Assembly: GCA_963514005.1 (NCBI GenBank)
Contig: OY740809.1
Coordinates: forward strand, 20,708,001-20,772,000
Origin: Raja brachyura
Taxonomy: Eukaryota
Reading direction: 5' to 3'
DNA: 64,000 nt
In this document: piece after piece, positions 1-13,635 of the stretch
Numbering within the stretch: the stretch's first letter is position 1
How the letters are laid out: each line of letters opens with the position of its first letter
Position numbers and translations under genes: made by a program
The notes under the pieces: generated by a model
Seen by the model: the letters and a program-made list of their open reading frames with translations, nothing else
Database searches by the model: none
Told to the model about the DNA's origin: nothing

Positions 1-2
1 AC

Positions 3-110
3 CCGCTGACTACTTGCCCACCTGTCCGAGCAGTCTTCTACACCATCCCTGGCAAACTTGGCATCATACTGGAGCCCATAGAACTGGAGTGGAAGCAAAT
101 CATCAGATAG
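3..110 (+). CDS. Possible 3' end of a last coding exon (PLTTCPPVRAVFYTIPGKLGIILEPIELEWKQIIR*), gene unidentified
   Basis: Frame is open from the window edge to TAG at 108-110 with higher GC, then switches to about 2.3 kb of AT-rich sequence lacking recognisable repeats. No upstream context is visible. Confidence 0.35.
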   Translation, partial: PLTTCPPVRAVFYTIPGKLGIILEPIELEWKQIIR

Positions 111-2100
111 CTAAATGGGCCTGGATATTTTGTCACGGTGATTGCCATTCCCTCTAAACACGTGCACATGAATTTTTAGTTTATTATTTAATATAAGAAA
201 TGCGTTTGTTTTCAGGCATGCACTTTACTCTATTTGAATCTATGGTCTTCATTGAGGTTTACTGCAGTGTATTATGAATGCATTGCCTTTTATTTCAAAG
301 TTTTACTCATTGGGCTTTATTTAATTTGTAAGTAAAAAATTGTGCTCATTTGAGATAAGCTGAGGAAGCCAGACTTTGCCCATGACATTGTGGATTGCTG
401 GACTGAGCAATTGTTCAATAAATGTACACCTAGCACAAAGAGGATATGCAAGGTACAGGAAAATTGTGACATTAAATTTTTATTGAGCGAGTTTCAAATT
501 TTCCATGAATTTGATTGTAATTTAAAATAGCAAACCTAAATGGAATACTTCCAAGTTAATGTGATTTTTATTTTAAGTCTAACAGAAATATTTTGGAGAC
601 TTGTTACTGAGAGCTTGTCACTAAGGAATTTTTAGTTGGCCATTTTTCTGATGTGAAGAGATTAATTAGCTGCTGCTCAACTCACAGTAAAAAGTCTGCA
701 CCATTTTACTAACGTCTAATAAAAGGCTTGGATTTGCAATGTTCCTTACTGTGCCTTAACTTTGAAGGTTTTGCAGTCAATGTGGCACTTTAATGTCACT
801 GTTGTAGAGTATGAATACTGTCAGTCAATCTGAGGTGTTAAATTTTTCATTTGCTTTTTATGATTGCACATCGCCCCAGGTGCAAATTGTTACTGTTATC
901 TGATCAAATAACATTTAGCAACCTTTTTGTGTATCTTGAAATAAAAGCTGTTTAAAATTTTAGTGGAAGGATTTTGTTGTAATTAGAAATCTGTGCGGCT
1001 GTTTCTCTGGTGAAAATTCACATGTTCGAGGAACATGGGGTTTCTAAACACTTGTGCCTATTATTCAAACAGACACACAGTTGTTGCTGTCTGGCTTCTA
1101 GAATACTGAAATAACTCTGAGCCCAGAGCTCAGTTGCCTTTCACCTGTGCTCACACTGGTTTAAAGAATGTTTTGCAGGCAGCATCTGTTATTTGATATC
1201 GAGGACCTCCTTTGCACATCTGATGCTTTATTGTACACGGACATAATTCTTTAAGATGCTCACAGTTACTTTACATTCTATTTTGTGAGTCCTTTACAGC
1301 AGTGAGTGAAATTACCATCCTGAAAAAAAGCAGTTCTGTATATGGATTTTGAAATTGAAAATGTTTTAAATTATTATTTGATATAAAATGGGATTTACTG
1401 AAGAAAAAATAATGAATATGATGTTTGGCAGTATTCACTTGGGTCCTTCAAGTTCAGTCACACACTCTATTTCCTTCAATTTATCAATTCTGGTGTGTTA
1501 ATTTAAAGATTTTAAGACTTGTTTCTTAATTCTCTTTTACCTGAACAGACATGCCAATAACTGCTGTCCTATACATTTTAAGAGCTTCAGTTTAATATAT
1601 TTAAAGCAAATTTGAGTGGCCATGCATTTGAAGAATACAAAAATGAGCTTTATTAAAGATTGTTTGAAACTATTTATGAAGGATGATAATCAGAAGCTGT
1701 TGAATTATCTGTGAAAATCTTTTCTCAGCTGTTCTCGTCATTTAAAGCAAGCATTCTTGAGATTTATATGCATGGCTGTAACTTGTGGTAGTTGCCTCAG
1801 TAATGTTCCCTGATCTACAGTGAGGTTTCTGCTGGAATAAGTTAACCATTTTCCAGCTGGTTTATAATTTCTAGAGACTGATCAATAATGCTTGTACACT
1901 TTCAGGTTAATCGGTTACTAAACAGTGTATAGTTTTTTTTTAAGGCTATTTAAAAAAAAAAGGCTATAAAAATAGAAGTGTTTTCCTCCTGTGAACAGAT
2001 GCGATATGACGATGATGTAAAGATTGCAATAGCAAAACTTGTTTAATTTGATAGAAGATGATACCAATATACATTACAGAATAAAACTGATGCATTTTCC
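111..2100 (+). promoter_or_regulatory. Putative 3' UTR with candidate polyadenylation signals
   Basis: AATAAA at 417, 718, 940 and 2080; U-rich; no recognisable repeat before about 2430. Confidence 0.3.
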
Positions 2101-2429
2101 TATGGTTGGTCATTAATTTCTTATGGGCATTCATATTGTATACAGTAGGGATTGTACCACCTTAATGCAAAGGAGTGACACCTACAACTTGTTGTTTGCC
2201 ACAGAACTTTGATGTCATGGTCAAGACTCAAGCCAATTGTCTATTGACTCCTTAATTTCTCGCATCATTGGATTTTATATCCCTGCATGTCAAGATGACA
2301 GAATCGGGTGGCAAAAGACAGCATTTCTAAATGCCTTCCTCGTTCCCACACCTTTTTGGCAAATCGGTTAACCCACATGTCAAATAATGCTTTTAGATTT
2401 TAGATCTAATACAATTTTTAATGAAATGA

Positions 2430-2597
2430 GTCAATAGACAATAGGTGCAGGAGTAGGCGATTTGGTCCTTCAAGCCAGCACCGCCATTCAATGTGATCAT
2501 GGCTGATCATCCCCAATCAGTACCCCGTTCCTTCCTTCTCCCCATATCCCCTGACTCCGCTATTTTTAAGAGCCCTATCTAGCTCTCTCTCGAAAGC
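2430..2597 (-). mobile_element. CR1/HER1-like LINE 3' end
   Basis: Reverse complement of the 3' end of the 50361-50902 copy (aggtgcaggagtaggc...gccattcaatgtgatcatggctgatcatcc...cagtacccc). Confidence 0.85.
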
Positions 2598-3594
2598 CTG
2601 TGTTGCCCTTTTGGCCGGAGTTTTAAACTCGTATCACTTGATGAATCAAATGTTTTTTCTCACACCAATTTCTACTATTTCTGGAAATTAATTCAGATGT
2701 ATATCCTTTTTAATGGATGTGTTAAAGGAAATTATTGTTGTATTTGCACTGTGTGGATCTCCCATTTTGGACACTTTCAATTAAATCTATTCCTTGTGTA
2801 CCAAACCCAGTCATTTATCATATTTTGACCTTGTAAGACTCCTGTGCTCTGTCATATCCTGTTGTGTGGTTACCTGAACTCTACATGGTACTTGGGCTGT
2901 TGCAACATGGTTTAAAGAGCCCTTTGGTTAAACTTGTCCATGCTGACAAGTTGGCCATTGAAGCTGGTACCATTTGGCTCGTATACCACAACCTTTCCTA
3001 TCCACAGTTCTTAAACAGTGTTTTAAGAGACATTGGTGATTCATTACTGTGGGTATGTTACATGGAAACAGGATTTCACCCCAATACTATAAATCCAAGG
3101 CAGGTTTTTTCCCCCAGCTTGTCAATTTCCAAAGTAACATTAAGTGGTTCTGTAGTTCTTGATCAAAATTGCGTTTATCTATATAACTAAAAGCCTCATC
3201 TTGTCCACTTCCGGTCTGCGCTGTATATTGATTTTAGAAAATACGCTACCCTATATTGCTATGATATTTGGCCATCTTGCATTCCTTCTCCGCTGAGGCA
3301 GTCCCGAGGAACTTTCCGCTCGATGAAAAATAAAAAAGTTATGAGTGTTTATTTAAAAAAATAAAATAAAAAATCTTGATCAGCTGATTGGTCCTCTCGC
3401 CTGTGAATCACCATGATGAAGGTAATGCCCCTTCTGGGCGGGGGGGGGGGGGGCAGGTCTATAAAATCCCGGATGCCTGGAAGTGTGTTAGTCACTCTGG
3501 AAGATCGCTAGGGAGTGGCCACAACTGATTCTGTTGTGAGTCAACTGAACTGTGAGTCTGCAATGTACTTGCAATAAATGATTTGTTCGCCCTG

Positions 3595-3736
3595 AATGAA
3601 AATAAAATGAGTTTGGCCTGCCCTGTACTTGAAACTGCAATGGAAATGGAAATAAAAATGCAATGAGCTGTTTGGCCTGCCCTGTGCTTGAATCTGCAAT
3701 GTAAATGAAAATGAAATGAGCTGTTTGGCCTGCCTG
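3595..3736. repeat. Approximately 56-bp tandem repeat, about 2.5 copies, inside the Helitron
   Basis: aatgag(ctg)tttggcctgccctgt.cttgaa.ctgcaatg.aaatg recurs at about 3606, 3662 and 3715. Confidence 0.8.
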
Positions 3737-4173
3737 AAACCACTAATTTCGGCCCACAGGGCCCCTATTTGCCAAGAAACCAGTCCCTTTTGCCCAAAAT
3801 GCCCGTATTAGCCCAGGAGGAGCATTTTGGCCCAAAAGGCCCAGGCCAGGAAAAGTCCAGAAAAAGTGCCTTTCACTGAGATTTTGCTCTTTTTTTAAAA
3901 TAAAGAGCCCCTTCAGCCCATTAGGCCTGTACTAGCCCAGGAGGAGTCCCTTTGGCCCATCAGTAAGTATTCCCCCTGCAAGTATTTAACCTCACCCCAA
4001 TATTTTTCTCCCTCCCTTCATTGGCTCCCTGTGAGATCCAGGCCAGGATAGACTTTCCTCCTTCATTGCTGTTATTTGCAGAAAAAGATGAAAAATATCT
4101 AACATTGGCTTTCCACCCTCTCCCCTGTCTCTCTGAGTCTCTCACCTGTTTTGGGCAGAATTTCTGGCAGTTT

Positions 4174-4270
4174 CTGAGCTACCAGCCCCGAGTGACTGAG
4201 CTGCCAGCCCACCAGCCCTGAGTGACTGAGCTGCCAGCCCACCAGGCCTGAGTGACTGAGCTTCCAGCCC
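4174..4270. repeat. 30-bp tandem repeat, about 3 copies, inside the Helitron
   Basis: Unit agtgactgagctgccagcccaccagccctg at 4191, 4221 and 4251. Confidence 0.9.
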
Positions 4271-5599
4271 AAGAATTCATTCGGCCCACAATGTCCATAC
4301 TAGCCCTCTGGTAACCAGTGCCTTCGGCCCACAACACCTATACTGGTGCTCCAGAAAGCCCCCCCCCCCCCCCACTGGCCACCAATATTGGAATTGGTGG
4401 AGAGGTGGAATATCGCATTCGGGGACCAGCCCTCCTGTGTGAACATGGGACCCAACTTAGTCTAGTAACCAATCGGATGCAGATAATATTCCCTTATTCA
4501 TCACTCAATTTATATCCGATTCGTGTTATGGAAACACATGTTACAACCTGTGCTGAGCCCTGACGAGCACCACTGCAAACTACTTCGAATCACAAAATAC
4601 CCGTTGATCATTATCCTTTACCTGCAACGTGTAAAAACTATCCCAAGCCAACACAGTATTCTAATGTCACAATGTAATTGCAGGTCTTTACATGTACTGT
4701 CAGAAATGTAAAACATGCACTTTAGAAATGTTCTGCTGTCCAAAATATTCCAAGCATAGTGGGTGGGCCATTGTGATTTCAAATACATTAAAACTCCAAT
4801 AATCTGCCATGCTCACTCTTTGGTGCAGTACTGGTGGATTTTGGATCTATTGCATATAATTCTTATTACCACAATTCTCTTTTAATTCGTTACTTTTAGA
4901 TGTTGCATTGAATTATAATGTAACAGTGTGTTCAACCATATAGATCAGTTATCCAGCATCTTCTCCACTTACAGCTCTGTGAAATGATGCAAGGGCATCT
5001 GCAATTGATATTGGTACCCTTGTCAATATGACAGAAATCTTAATCCTTGTGTTATTGATTGCTGGGGCACTTCCTGCAAAGTACACATGTTGGCAGGAGG
5101 TGGGAGCAGGATGGAATCGAGCCCAGTCTTTGATTCAAGATTTCTTCTTCAGTGTGATGCCTTGGGTTTTGGCTGAAGGATTGCACACATCCATACTTGA
5201 TCAGATTAATACTTTTAGTAGCAGAGTGAAGAAGTGGGTAGAAAAAAAGTGATACCGGTAATTGTAGAGCAATAAAACACTGGGAGAAGCCCAGTCTCAT
5301 CAAATTTATACCAGATCCTTTTGAAGAGTTTGCAAATGCAGTTTTTCTCTATCCAATTCCTTTTCCTTTTAGAAAGATTTTATTCTTCAGCTATTAAAAT
5401 GCCATGTCATTTCTTTCCAAATCCAAACCATTCATTCCTTGTTTTGCCAGTTTACAATTTCCCCTCTGCTTCCTTAACATTCTGAGTAAAGAACACACAT
5501 TCTCCAATTTATTGCTGTTTAACCTTTTATCAAAGGTCAGTCTGTTCTCACAGCTGTGTTCTCCATTTCATTCATTTCCTCAGCAAAAAAAAACTGCTG

Positions 5600-5647
5600 A
5601 GAAGGAATCATCAATGTTTCGGGTTGAGACCCTGCATCAGGACTGAG
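5600..5647 (-). repeat. Penelope-type terminal repeat fragment with degenerate hammerhead core
   Basis: Minus strand reads cagtcCTGATGCagggtctcaacccGAAAcatt. Confidence 0.6.
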
Positions 5648-6319
5648 AGTAAATGTAATCCCTCCTTGAAATTATCCCATTTCATTTCTTCCATTCATGT
5701 CTGCCCATTTTATATATAGTATTTAGTATTGGATGAGTAATGTTCAACAGTATAGTATTTGGAATTTAACGATGTGCTATCCGAGCTGAATTATATTTAG
5801 CTGGTATTTAACTTTTTGGATTATCACCTAATTTTTGCACGATGCATCTATTCCCAAAATCTAGGACGTGCATTATTCGCTCTATCACCTTCAAAAATGT
5901 GTAAACTAACACTCTTCTTCCCACCCCCGACTCCCAAACCATTTTTTTAAATAACACTTTAAAACTATTAATTTATTTAGATTCAGATGCTGCAGATCCT
6001 AGAATATGGTGCAGAATCACCTATTGAGAAAACTGTGGGTCAGCAGCATTTGGAGGGAAAAGGATGGTCATCCTGTTATGTTGAGACCCGATAACAGGGC
6101 TGGGCGTGTGAAGGGGTGATGGCCAATATAAAAAGATGAAGGGGAGGGATGGGGGTAGATGCTGGCAAGCGATAGATGAATCCACATGAGAAAGGGTTGA
6201 TGGGCAGTATCATCATTGCCAAAGGATCTGTTACTATTGTGTACATTTGGAGATGTAACTACAGGGTAAGTAAGAGGAAGTGGATGTAGCTTGTCTGGAT
6301 TTTCAAGAGACATTTTGTA

Positions 6320-6490
6320 AGACCAGACTTTATTGGATTTTATCTTGCACTAAAAGCTATTCCCTTTATCCTGCATCTGTACACTGTCGACGGCTTGATT
6401 GTTTGTAATCATGTGTAGTCTTTCCGCTGACTGGATAGCACGCAACAAAAATGCTTTTCACTGTACTACACGTGACAATAAACTAAACTA
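6320..6490 (+). mobile_element. Rex1/Babar-type LINE or SINE 3' tail
   Basis: aacaaaa..gcttttcactgtac..cacgtgacaataaactaaact, shared with 35720-35845 and about 22700-22755. Confidence 0.65.
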
Positions 6491-6942
6491 CCTTGAAATT
6501 ATTCTAAGATTAGAGCCCCTCAGTTAAACAGATGATCAGTTAAAAATGAAAATTGCACAAGCCTTTTTTGTTTGAGTGATTGGATCCCTGAATGTGCATT
6601 ATTTATACAAATGTCTGCAATAAAGATGGTATATAATATTTCTATGTTGCTGATGCTGTATCTTTTACCTGTTTGTTCGCATCTCCATGGCATCTGAACC
6701 AGCCTTTTTCCACCTTGCAAATCTCATCCCCACCTTGTCACCTCCCAACTCTTTCAAATAACCACTGCAACCTTTAAACTTTGCTCCATTTGAAGTTTAT
6801 TTCTGTATTTTGCCTTGACCAATCTCTTTAAATTTGATCCTCAACCATCATCCTCTAGTCAACCTGTTGCTAGAATTATCTTCTGAACTCCTTAACTTTT
6901 GTTCAATTTATAAAGCATGCTGAAAAACACTGGACCCCGTCT

Positions 6943-7483
6943 CATAGAAACCTAGAAAATAGGTGCAGGAGTCGGCCATTTGGCCCTTCAAGCTAGCACC
7001 GCCATTCAATGTGATCATGGCTGATCATCCACAATCAGTACCCTGTTCTTGCATTCTCCCCATATCCCTTGATTCCGCTAGCCCTAAGAGCGCTATCTAA
7101 CTCTCTTTTGAATGCATCCAGTGAATCGGCCTCCACTGCCTTCAAATTCACAACTCTCTGGGTGAAAAAGTTTTTCCTCATGTCAGTTCTAAATGGCCTA
7201 CCCCTTATTCTTAAGTTTTGGCCCCTGGTTCTGGACTCTCCCAACATAGGGAACATGTTTCCTGCATGTAGCTTGTCCAATATCTTAATTTTATATGTTT
7301 CTTTAAGATCCCCTCTCATCCTTCTAAATTTCAGTGAATACAAGCTCAATCGTTCCATTCTTTCATCATATGACAGTCCCGAGCATTAACTTTATGAACC
7401 TACGCTGCACTCCCTCAATAGCAAGAATGTCCTTCCTCAAATTAGGAGACCAAAGCTGCACATAACACTCCAGGTGTGGTCTC
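6943..7483 (-). mobile_element. CR1/HER1-like LINE, 5'-truncated
   Basis: ORF 7035-7358 (LYSLKFRRMRGDLKETYK...TRGQNL...FFTQRVVN...GIKGYG) is the CR1 ORF2 C-terminus, followed by a matching 3' UTR and tttctatg-type tail. Confidence 0.9.
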
Positions 7484-8249
7484 AAGTCCTCCAAGTTCTC
7501 GACTTCACCCGGAATTAACAAAAATCTTCTGTTTAGTGTTCCCGAGCTTCAAGGCATCTCTCTGCAATCGTATCCACTTGCCAAATTTGTCAGTCTTTTG
7601 TAACGATTCTCCTTGCAACCAATGCTTTCGCCTTCAAGCTTATTGCTACGTTACTGCAGCACAATAGAACTCGCAAATCCCAATTCCAATAAACTTCAAA
7701 CAAAACAATTTGAAGAAATAAATCAAATAATATATACTGAGCTGTGACAAATGAGGTCAAAATAGCTTCAAAAATACACTAAATATTAAAAAAATTAAAT
7801 TATTGAGAAAATGCGATGCATGGCAGTAAAAGCTGTGGCTCCTCGCGTTTTAAAAAAAAAAACTGAAATAACTGATCTCAGACAGCTAGGTTTAGTTAAG
7901 ACACTATCTAAGCTTGTAACATGAATATCTTTTGCATCACCATTAAAGGGATGGGCCGGAACTTGATGTAAAATGCAGCTGTTCTTCATGGAATGGTTGG
8001 CATTTCTCAGTGTGAATGGAACGAGTTTCATAATTCCTGGACACAAGTCCCGAACTTTCTGGCAGTTCTCCGATTGTTCTGACTTTGGAGTAGCGTGAAA
8101 TCCAGCAGCAACGGTGAATTTATTGCAATTCACAGGAATTTGTATGAGAGGATGTGGCTACTGGAGAGGAATGCCTATTTGAAACATATCTATTAAATAA
8201 TTTGTCTGAAAATTTGAATCTCCACTTTGAAGATGTTTAATGTATTAGT

Positions 8250-9425
8250 CACAGGGCTATACAAAATGGGGAAAAAGTCATAATTGTATCTGCTTCTATA
8301 GCTTTCTCTGGCAGTTCATTCTAGATGCAGACTACCCCCCCCCCCCCCCCGAGTTTAAAAATAAGTTGTCCCCGAGATCCTCAAATCTCTCCCCTCTCCC
8401 CACTCACCTTGAGCCTGTGCTGTCTAATTTTGGAATTCCCTACCCTAGGGGAAAAAGACTAAATGTTCAATTTACCCATGTGCCTCATGATCTTGTAGAC
8501 TTCAATAAGTTAATCCTTCGACTTTTTAATCTTCACAGGAAAAAAGTTCCAGCCAATCCAACCTTTCCCTATAACTCAGGCCCGCAAGTTCAAGTAACAT
8601 CCTGTTGAATCTTTTCTGCACCCTTTTCACCTTAATGGCATGATTCCTGTAGCTTGGCCACCAGAACAGCACACAGTACTTGAAGTGTAGTCTCACCAAT
8701 GACTCGTACAGCTGTATTACAATGTCCCAACTTCTGAATTCAATACCCGTCTCAAGGAAGTCAAGCAAGCCAAATGCTGGCTTCATCACCCTGACCATCT
8801 GACTCGCTGCTTTCAGGGACTGTGCTCCATGGCCTCTTCCGCTTACTCTGCAAATCCTGGCCTGGTTTGACAAATCAAATGCAACTCCACACATGTCTAA
8901 GTTAAATCCCATTTGCATTCCTTGACCCACCTTCCCCACTGTAAACTTCGATATTCTTGTCCACAATGCCACCAATTTTGTTGTCATCATCAAATTTACC
9001 AACAACGTTTACAACATTATCCAAATAATTAATGAGAAAAACAAGCAACAGGGTCTCAGCACCAACCCTGCGGCATTTCACTGGTCATGGGCTTCCAATA
9101 AGAAAAACAACCTTGCACAACTACCCTATGACCCCTTCCGCCAAACCAGTTTATAATCCAGTCCCGACCCAAAATGTCAACCATCAATGTTCTCCAGAGA
9201 TGCTGTTTGACCCACTGTGTTAAGGCAGCACTTTGTCTTTTTTAATCCAGTTGACCAGGTCACCTTGGATTCCATGTGATCTAGCCTACCATGCAGGACC
9301 TTGTCAAAAACCATAAAGTCCGTGGAGACAGCGTCCATTGTCATGCCCTCTTCAATCCTTTTGATGAACGCTTCAAAAATCTCTCAGACTTGGGAAGCAT
9401 GATTTCCTATGTACAAGTAATTGAC
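8250..9425 (-). mobile_element. Older CR1-like LINE RT fragment
   Basis: ORF 8526-9005 contains QLYESLVRLHFKYCVLFWWPSY...KRVQKRFNRML..L.GLSYRERL. A Penelope-type repeat is inserted at about 9160-9240. Confidence 0.8.
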
Positions 9426-9483
9426 TGTTTTGACATTGGCTAAGTCGGAGAGTATAGCATAGTCAACTGATTATTTATTCCCT

Positions 9484-9514
<31 letters not shown>

Positions 9515-10082
9515 TCTTCATGAGCAGGGCTTATTGTGGCCTTTCCTTCAGATGACTTTGCGTTTCACAAAACCCTCGTGCTGATCCTGAACAGACCTTG
9601 CTTCAGGTAGTAAGACATCACTGGGGCAGGAAAAGTTTAAGATCATACTTGCAGTGTAGGTCTTTGGGACTGAACAAGTTAACCTTGTACAAACACTGCT
9701 GTCATTTCTAGTCATGATCCAGGAACTAGTTTTGGTTTCATTGGAAGATTATTTATTTCCTTTGGGGGTAAGATTCTGGTGGAGTGAGTTTATTAGCTCT
9801 GGTAGTCTCGGCCAATATTTCTGGAGTGGTTGTTGGTTTGGTTAACTTCTGTGTGCTGAAGTAAATAGATGCTGTGTTGGTGCAGGTTCCAGCTACCTCT
9901 GCGCGGATGCACTCTGACTGGATGTGGAATGACAGTTTGTTGGCTACCCCCAGCCGGCCTTGCACAACAATGTCTCAACTAGAAGTAGGCCTTGGATTAC
10001 ATAGAGCAAAGTCTCCACCTTGGGAAGCCCTGACTAGCTTTGATAGAAGAAGAGGTGAAGGTTGACTTCCTGTAATACTGTG

Positions 10083-10250
10083 ATTTAAGAGAGAGTTGGA
10101 TAGAGCTCTCTGGGCTAGTGGAGTCAAGGGATATGGGGAGAAGGCAGGCACGGGTTATGGATAGCGGACGATCAGCCATGTTCATATTGCATGGTGGTGC
10201 TGGCTCGAAGGGCCGAATGGCCTCCTGCACCTATTTTCTATGTTTCTATG
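10083..10250 (+). mobile_element. CR1/HER1-like LINE 3' end
   Basis: ggctcgaagggccgaatggcct..tgcacctattttctatgtttctatg tail. Confidence 0.85.
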
Positions 10251-13084
10251 ATGCACTTCAATAGTTTTTAGATGGTTTTTTATATTTAGATTTGGATATA
10301 TTTAGGAGCTGCCAGAAAAATTATAGCAGTGAAAACAATCAAAATCAAAAATTGTTAATTTAAAAAACCCAGTATACTTAAATAATTGAAAGCATCAATT
10401 TAAAAACAAATTGCTTTCTGTTTCGTTACCAATCTGCAGACTTTGAATCCATTTTTGATGTCAAGGGGATCTTAGATCCTGCGCAGGATCTGAGTGGGTT
10501 TAAAAAAAAAAAAAAATCCAGACTAAAACTGGGGAATCTCAGCAAGATGAAGCTCCCTTGTTGGAGTCCACGTGGGTATATCAGTGGATCCATGGCAATC
10601 TGTCATGCAGTAAGTCGACAACTAAGGAAGAATTGAGATGACCACAAGTTGAGAATTCTGATTTGGAACAACAGGCTTCAGCCAACTCGGTTCACTCATA
10701 TTTTCCGAAACATCCCCCTAATCATTAGTTACCTAATGGCAACTTTTCTAAGAATCGTGCATAAATACTGTATTAATATGCTATGAACCCTGTCAGTGCC
10801 ACATAGTTCCATGCTTTTCATAGATTGTGCCATCAGTGTTATTCCCATGCTTTATGAAAGCAGCATCAGACCATCAATAATGAAGGATGAAGAAAAATTC
10901 TGCTCCTTCCAAAATTGTAAACTGACAGCAAGCAGGTTCACTTCCAGCTGGCGTGGCTGAAATCATCAAACGTACAGCTATGGGGATCATGTTTAAAGAT
11001 TGTCTATCTGCATATACTCTGGTCCTACGCTCTTAAACTGCATTTGGGCATTAGAACTCGGACATTGGTGAACCAGTTAAAGTTTTTATAAACTTCCTGT
11101 GATGTTCAGGCTTTTTAAAAAACCAGGTGAAGAGCTATGCTAATTTGCTTTGCTTGAATAAACAAGGAAGTAGAAAAGCCTGCGCCAGTGCGGTGGGATA
11201 GAGGTCTTGTTCCTGTGCTGTTTGGAAAGGGTTGTTTTTAGGTGATTCTGTCGTCCAAAAAGGTTTCTGAAGCCATTGCCAAGATGAAGCCATACCAAAC
11301 CTTTCTGCAGGAAATTGCAACGTTGAAGGGTAAGCTTGCTTCATTTGTTTGAGCAGTTGCCTGGTAAATTGTACAGAATCGGTCAAACATGGTCATCTGA
11401 ACAATGCCCGCTGTGTTTGTTCCTCCACTGTCTGCAATTTTAAGCTTCAGTTGCAGCATGAAAATTGCACGATTACATTTAAAGTTTCTTTTTTATTAAC
11501 TGTTCTTATCAGCTATGTGTCAACCTATTGTACACGCGACATTTGGCAAATAAAATTGAATTGTGATTAATTTTGGCAAAAGATGGAAGTTCCACGTGGA
11601 TGTGGCCTTTACCCGAAGTATAACTGTAGGAAATTAAATGTGCTATGGTCTCTGATCAATTGTTTTAGATTGTAATAAGGAGTTAAATTTGGGAGGATGG
11701 GGGTAGAGTTGATATGGAAATTTAGATTTGTTATCTGCTTTATAAAATCTTGTTTTTCCATTTGAAATCTATTTCTGAATCTGCAAGGAAATATACCAAC
11801 GATTTTGAATAATGTGCAACTGCAAACAATATTTTATTATTTAAAAGAAACATTCAAATATTTTGTTCAAATTCATATTTTAATGCTGGGTCAAATTGTA
11901 TCAGTTTTGTAAAGTTCCTTTTAAGAATCAGCCACAAAATTTGTGATGATTCTTTTGCAGTTTTACTCACAAATTTTGTATGTATGTTTGTAGCCCTAAT
12001 GGACTTTTGGACCTAATGCACTGATTAAACGGTTCGTCATTTGCTGAGTAAATGTGACCCGTTAATCTTGCCTCTTGTTTATACAATCATTGCTCCCACT
12101 TCACAGAATCCGTGAAACACATCTGCAATTATGGGTGATAGAAACGGAATCCAGAGTTCTTTAGTCTATATAATCCCTTCCTCCCATGCCACCTATTTAA
12201 AAAAAAATTAAAAAAAACCTGGAATCATTCAGTGATTCATGAACAAAATTCTGATTTGTACTGCTTCAATATTTATAGAAAGTGGCTGGTGCCTCTGTGA
12301 TTGTAAACTTAATGTGGTTCTGTGATTTGGAGCAATGTGGCAAGTTTCTAATTGCTTCATGAATTTTTTTTGTAAAGTAGTTCTGAAAAGACCGAAATGC
12401 TGCCGTTAATGACACTGTTGGCTTGCTATAATAGCAATTTGGTCAAACCATCAATGCATGTGAAAGCTAATTTCTGAACGGTACATGCGGTAGGTAGGTG
12501 CTTGTAGGCTTGGTTACAATACAGACCTGATTACTCTCTCATAGTGCAGCTTCTTATTTTAAACATTGGCAACATAATGGTTCTGTGCTGTGTTTGCTTC
12601 ATTAACTGGCTTTTGAGGCCAGTCCGTAAGCAGAATATTCTGGATTGTCACCGTCTCCACTGCGTTATGAGTTTGCGTTATTAATGGATGTTGCATTTCA
12701 TTTTTCATGTTGTTGACTCTATAGCTACATCTAACTAATATTTTTGGAGGTTATCTTTTCCAATAAGAGTCCATTTTTAGATTTAATTACTCTTACCATT
12801 TGGGAAAGAGTTCCTGTAACAATATACTTGATAAGCCTCAGTTAATTTGTTTAGTTTTTCGTGTTTTGAAACATTAGCTTGTGTCCTTGCACATAAGTCG
12901 CTGAAAGGCAAGATGCAGGTATAGCAAGTGATTACAAAGGCACATGTTATGTTGACCTTTAGAAGATTTGAGACTGGAGTTAAGAAAAAACCCTTTCCTA
13001 AAAGCAATTGGGGCTTTGGTAAGGCTACTTGTGGAATAAAGTGTTTGTTTTTGGTCCTGCCCATGCAATGGAGGGGGCGCTGCT

Positions 13085-13470
13085 AAGGTTCACTATACTG
13101 GTTCCAGGGATGGTGCGTGTGCTGCATGAGGAGAGAGTGGAGTAGGCTGGAGGTGCTGTATTCACAAGGGTTTGGAGAATATGGGGCTTGGAAGGCTGGA
13201 TTCGGACAGGTATTTCCCTGGCTTGCAGTTTATCAATAAGTGTTTTCTATTAGGACTGAAGGTTAGAAACTACATGCAGAAGATGATGAATCTTTGGACT
13301 TCTTTACCTTAGGAGGCTGTGGAAGTTGCCTTTGCGTTCATTCAATACACATTTATTTCGCTGTGAAAGGAATGTGGGGGAATGAGAGGAAACAGCATGG
13401 TGGATGATGAGATACGATCTTGATGAACGTTTGGCTCAAAGGGCCGAATGTCCAGTCCATCTCCTGTTAC
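13085..13470 (+). mobile_element. Highly decayed CR1-like 3' fragment
   Basis: Degenerate similarity to 50361-50902, ending ggctcaaagggccgaatg. Confidence 0.6.
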
Positions 13471-13635
13471 ATTCACAAACAAAAGTGGAAAATATTGTAA
13501 ATACTCAGCAAGTGCGGCTGCATCTGTGGGAAGGGACAGTCAAAAAGATTTAAAATTGGAGATCCTTCAGAAGTAAAGTTGCAGTGAGGGTGGGGTAGGG
13601 GATGTCTCTGACACGGAGGAAAAGATGACCATGGG

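Larger units (their letters stand above)
3178..4465 (+). mobile_element. Non-autonomous Helitron-like element
   Basis: Starts A|TCTATATAACTAAAA and ends TAGTCTAG|T, i.e. TC...CTAG between A and T with no TSD. Internal minisatellites are present. The subterminal hairpin is not intact. Confidence 0.7.

Noticed and set aside
4174-4270. Regular 30-bp repeats as a CRISPR array
   Set aside because: Units are contiguous with no unique spacers, and the context is eukaryotic.
9484-9511. Long poly-C/G tracts (also about 8335, 25300 and 51694) as functional G-quadruplexes
   Set aside because: Simple homopolymers, mostly within repeats, whose length is prone to assembly error.
9552-9606. Exon-like segment (ctttccttcag ... 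caggtagtaag)
   Set aside because: Splice-like signals only; no recognisable peptide or partner exons.
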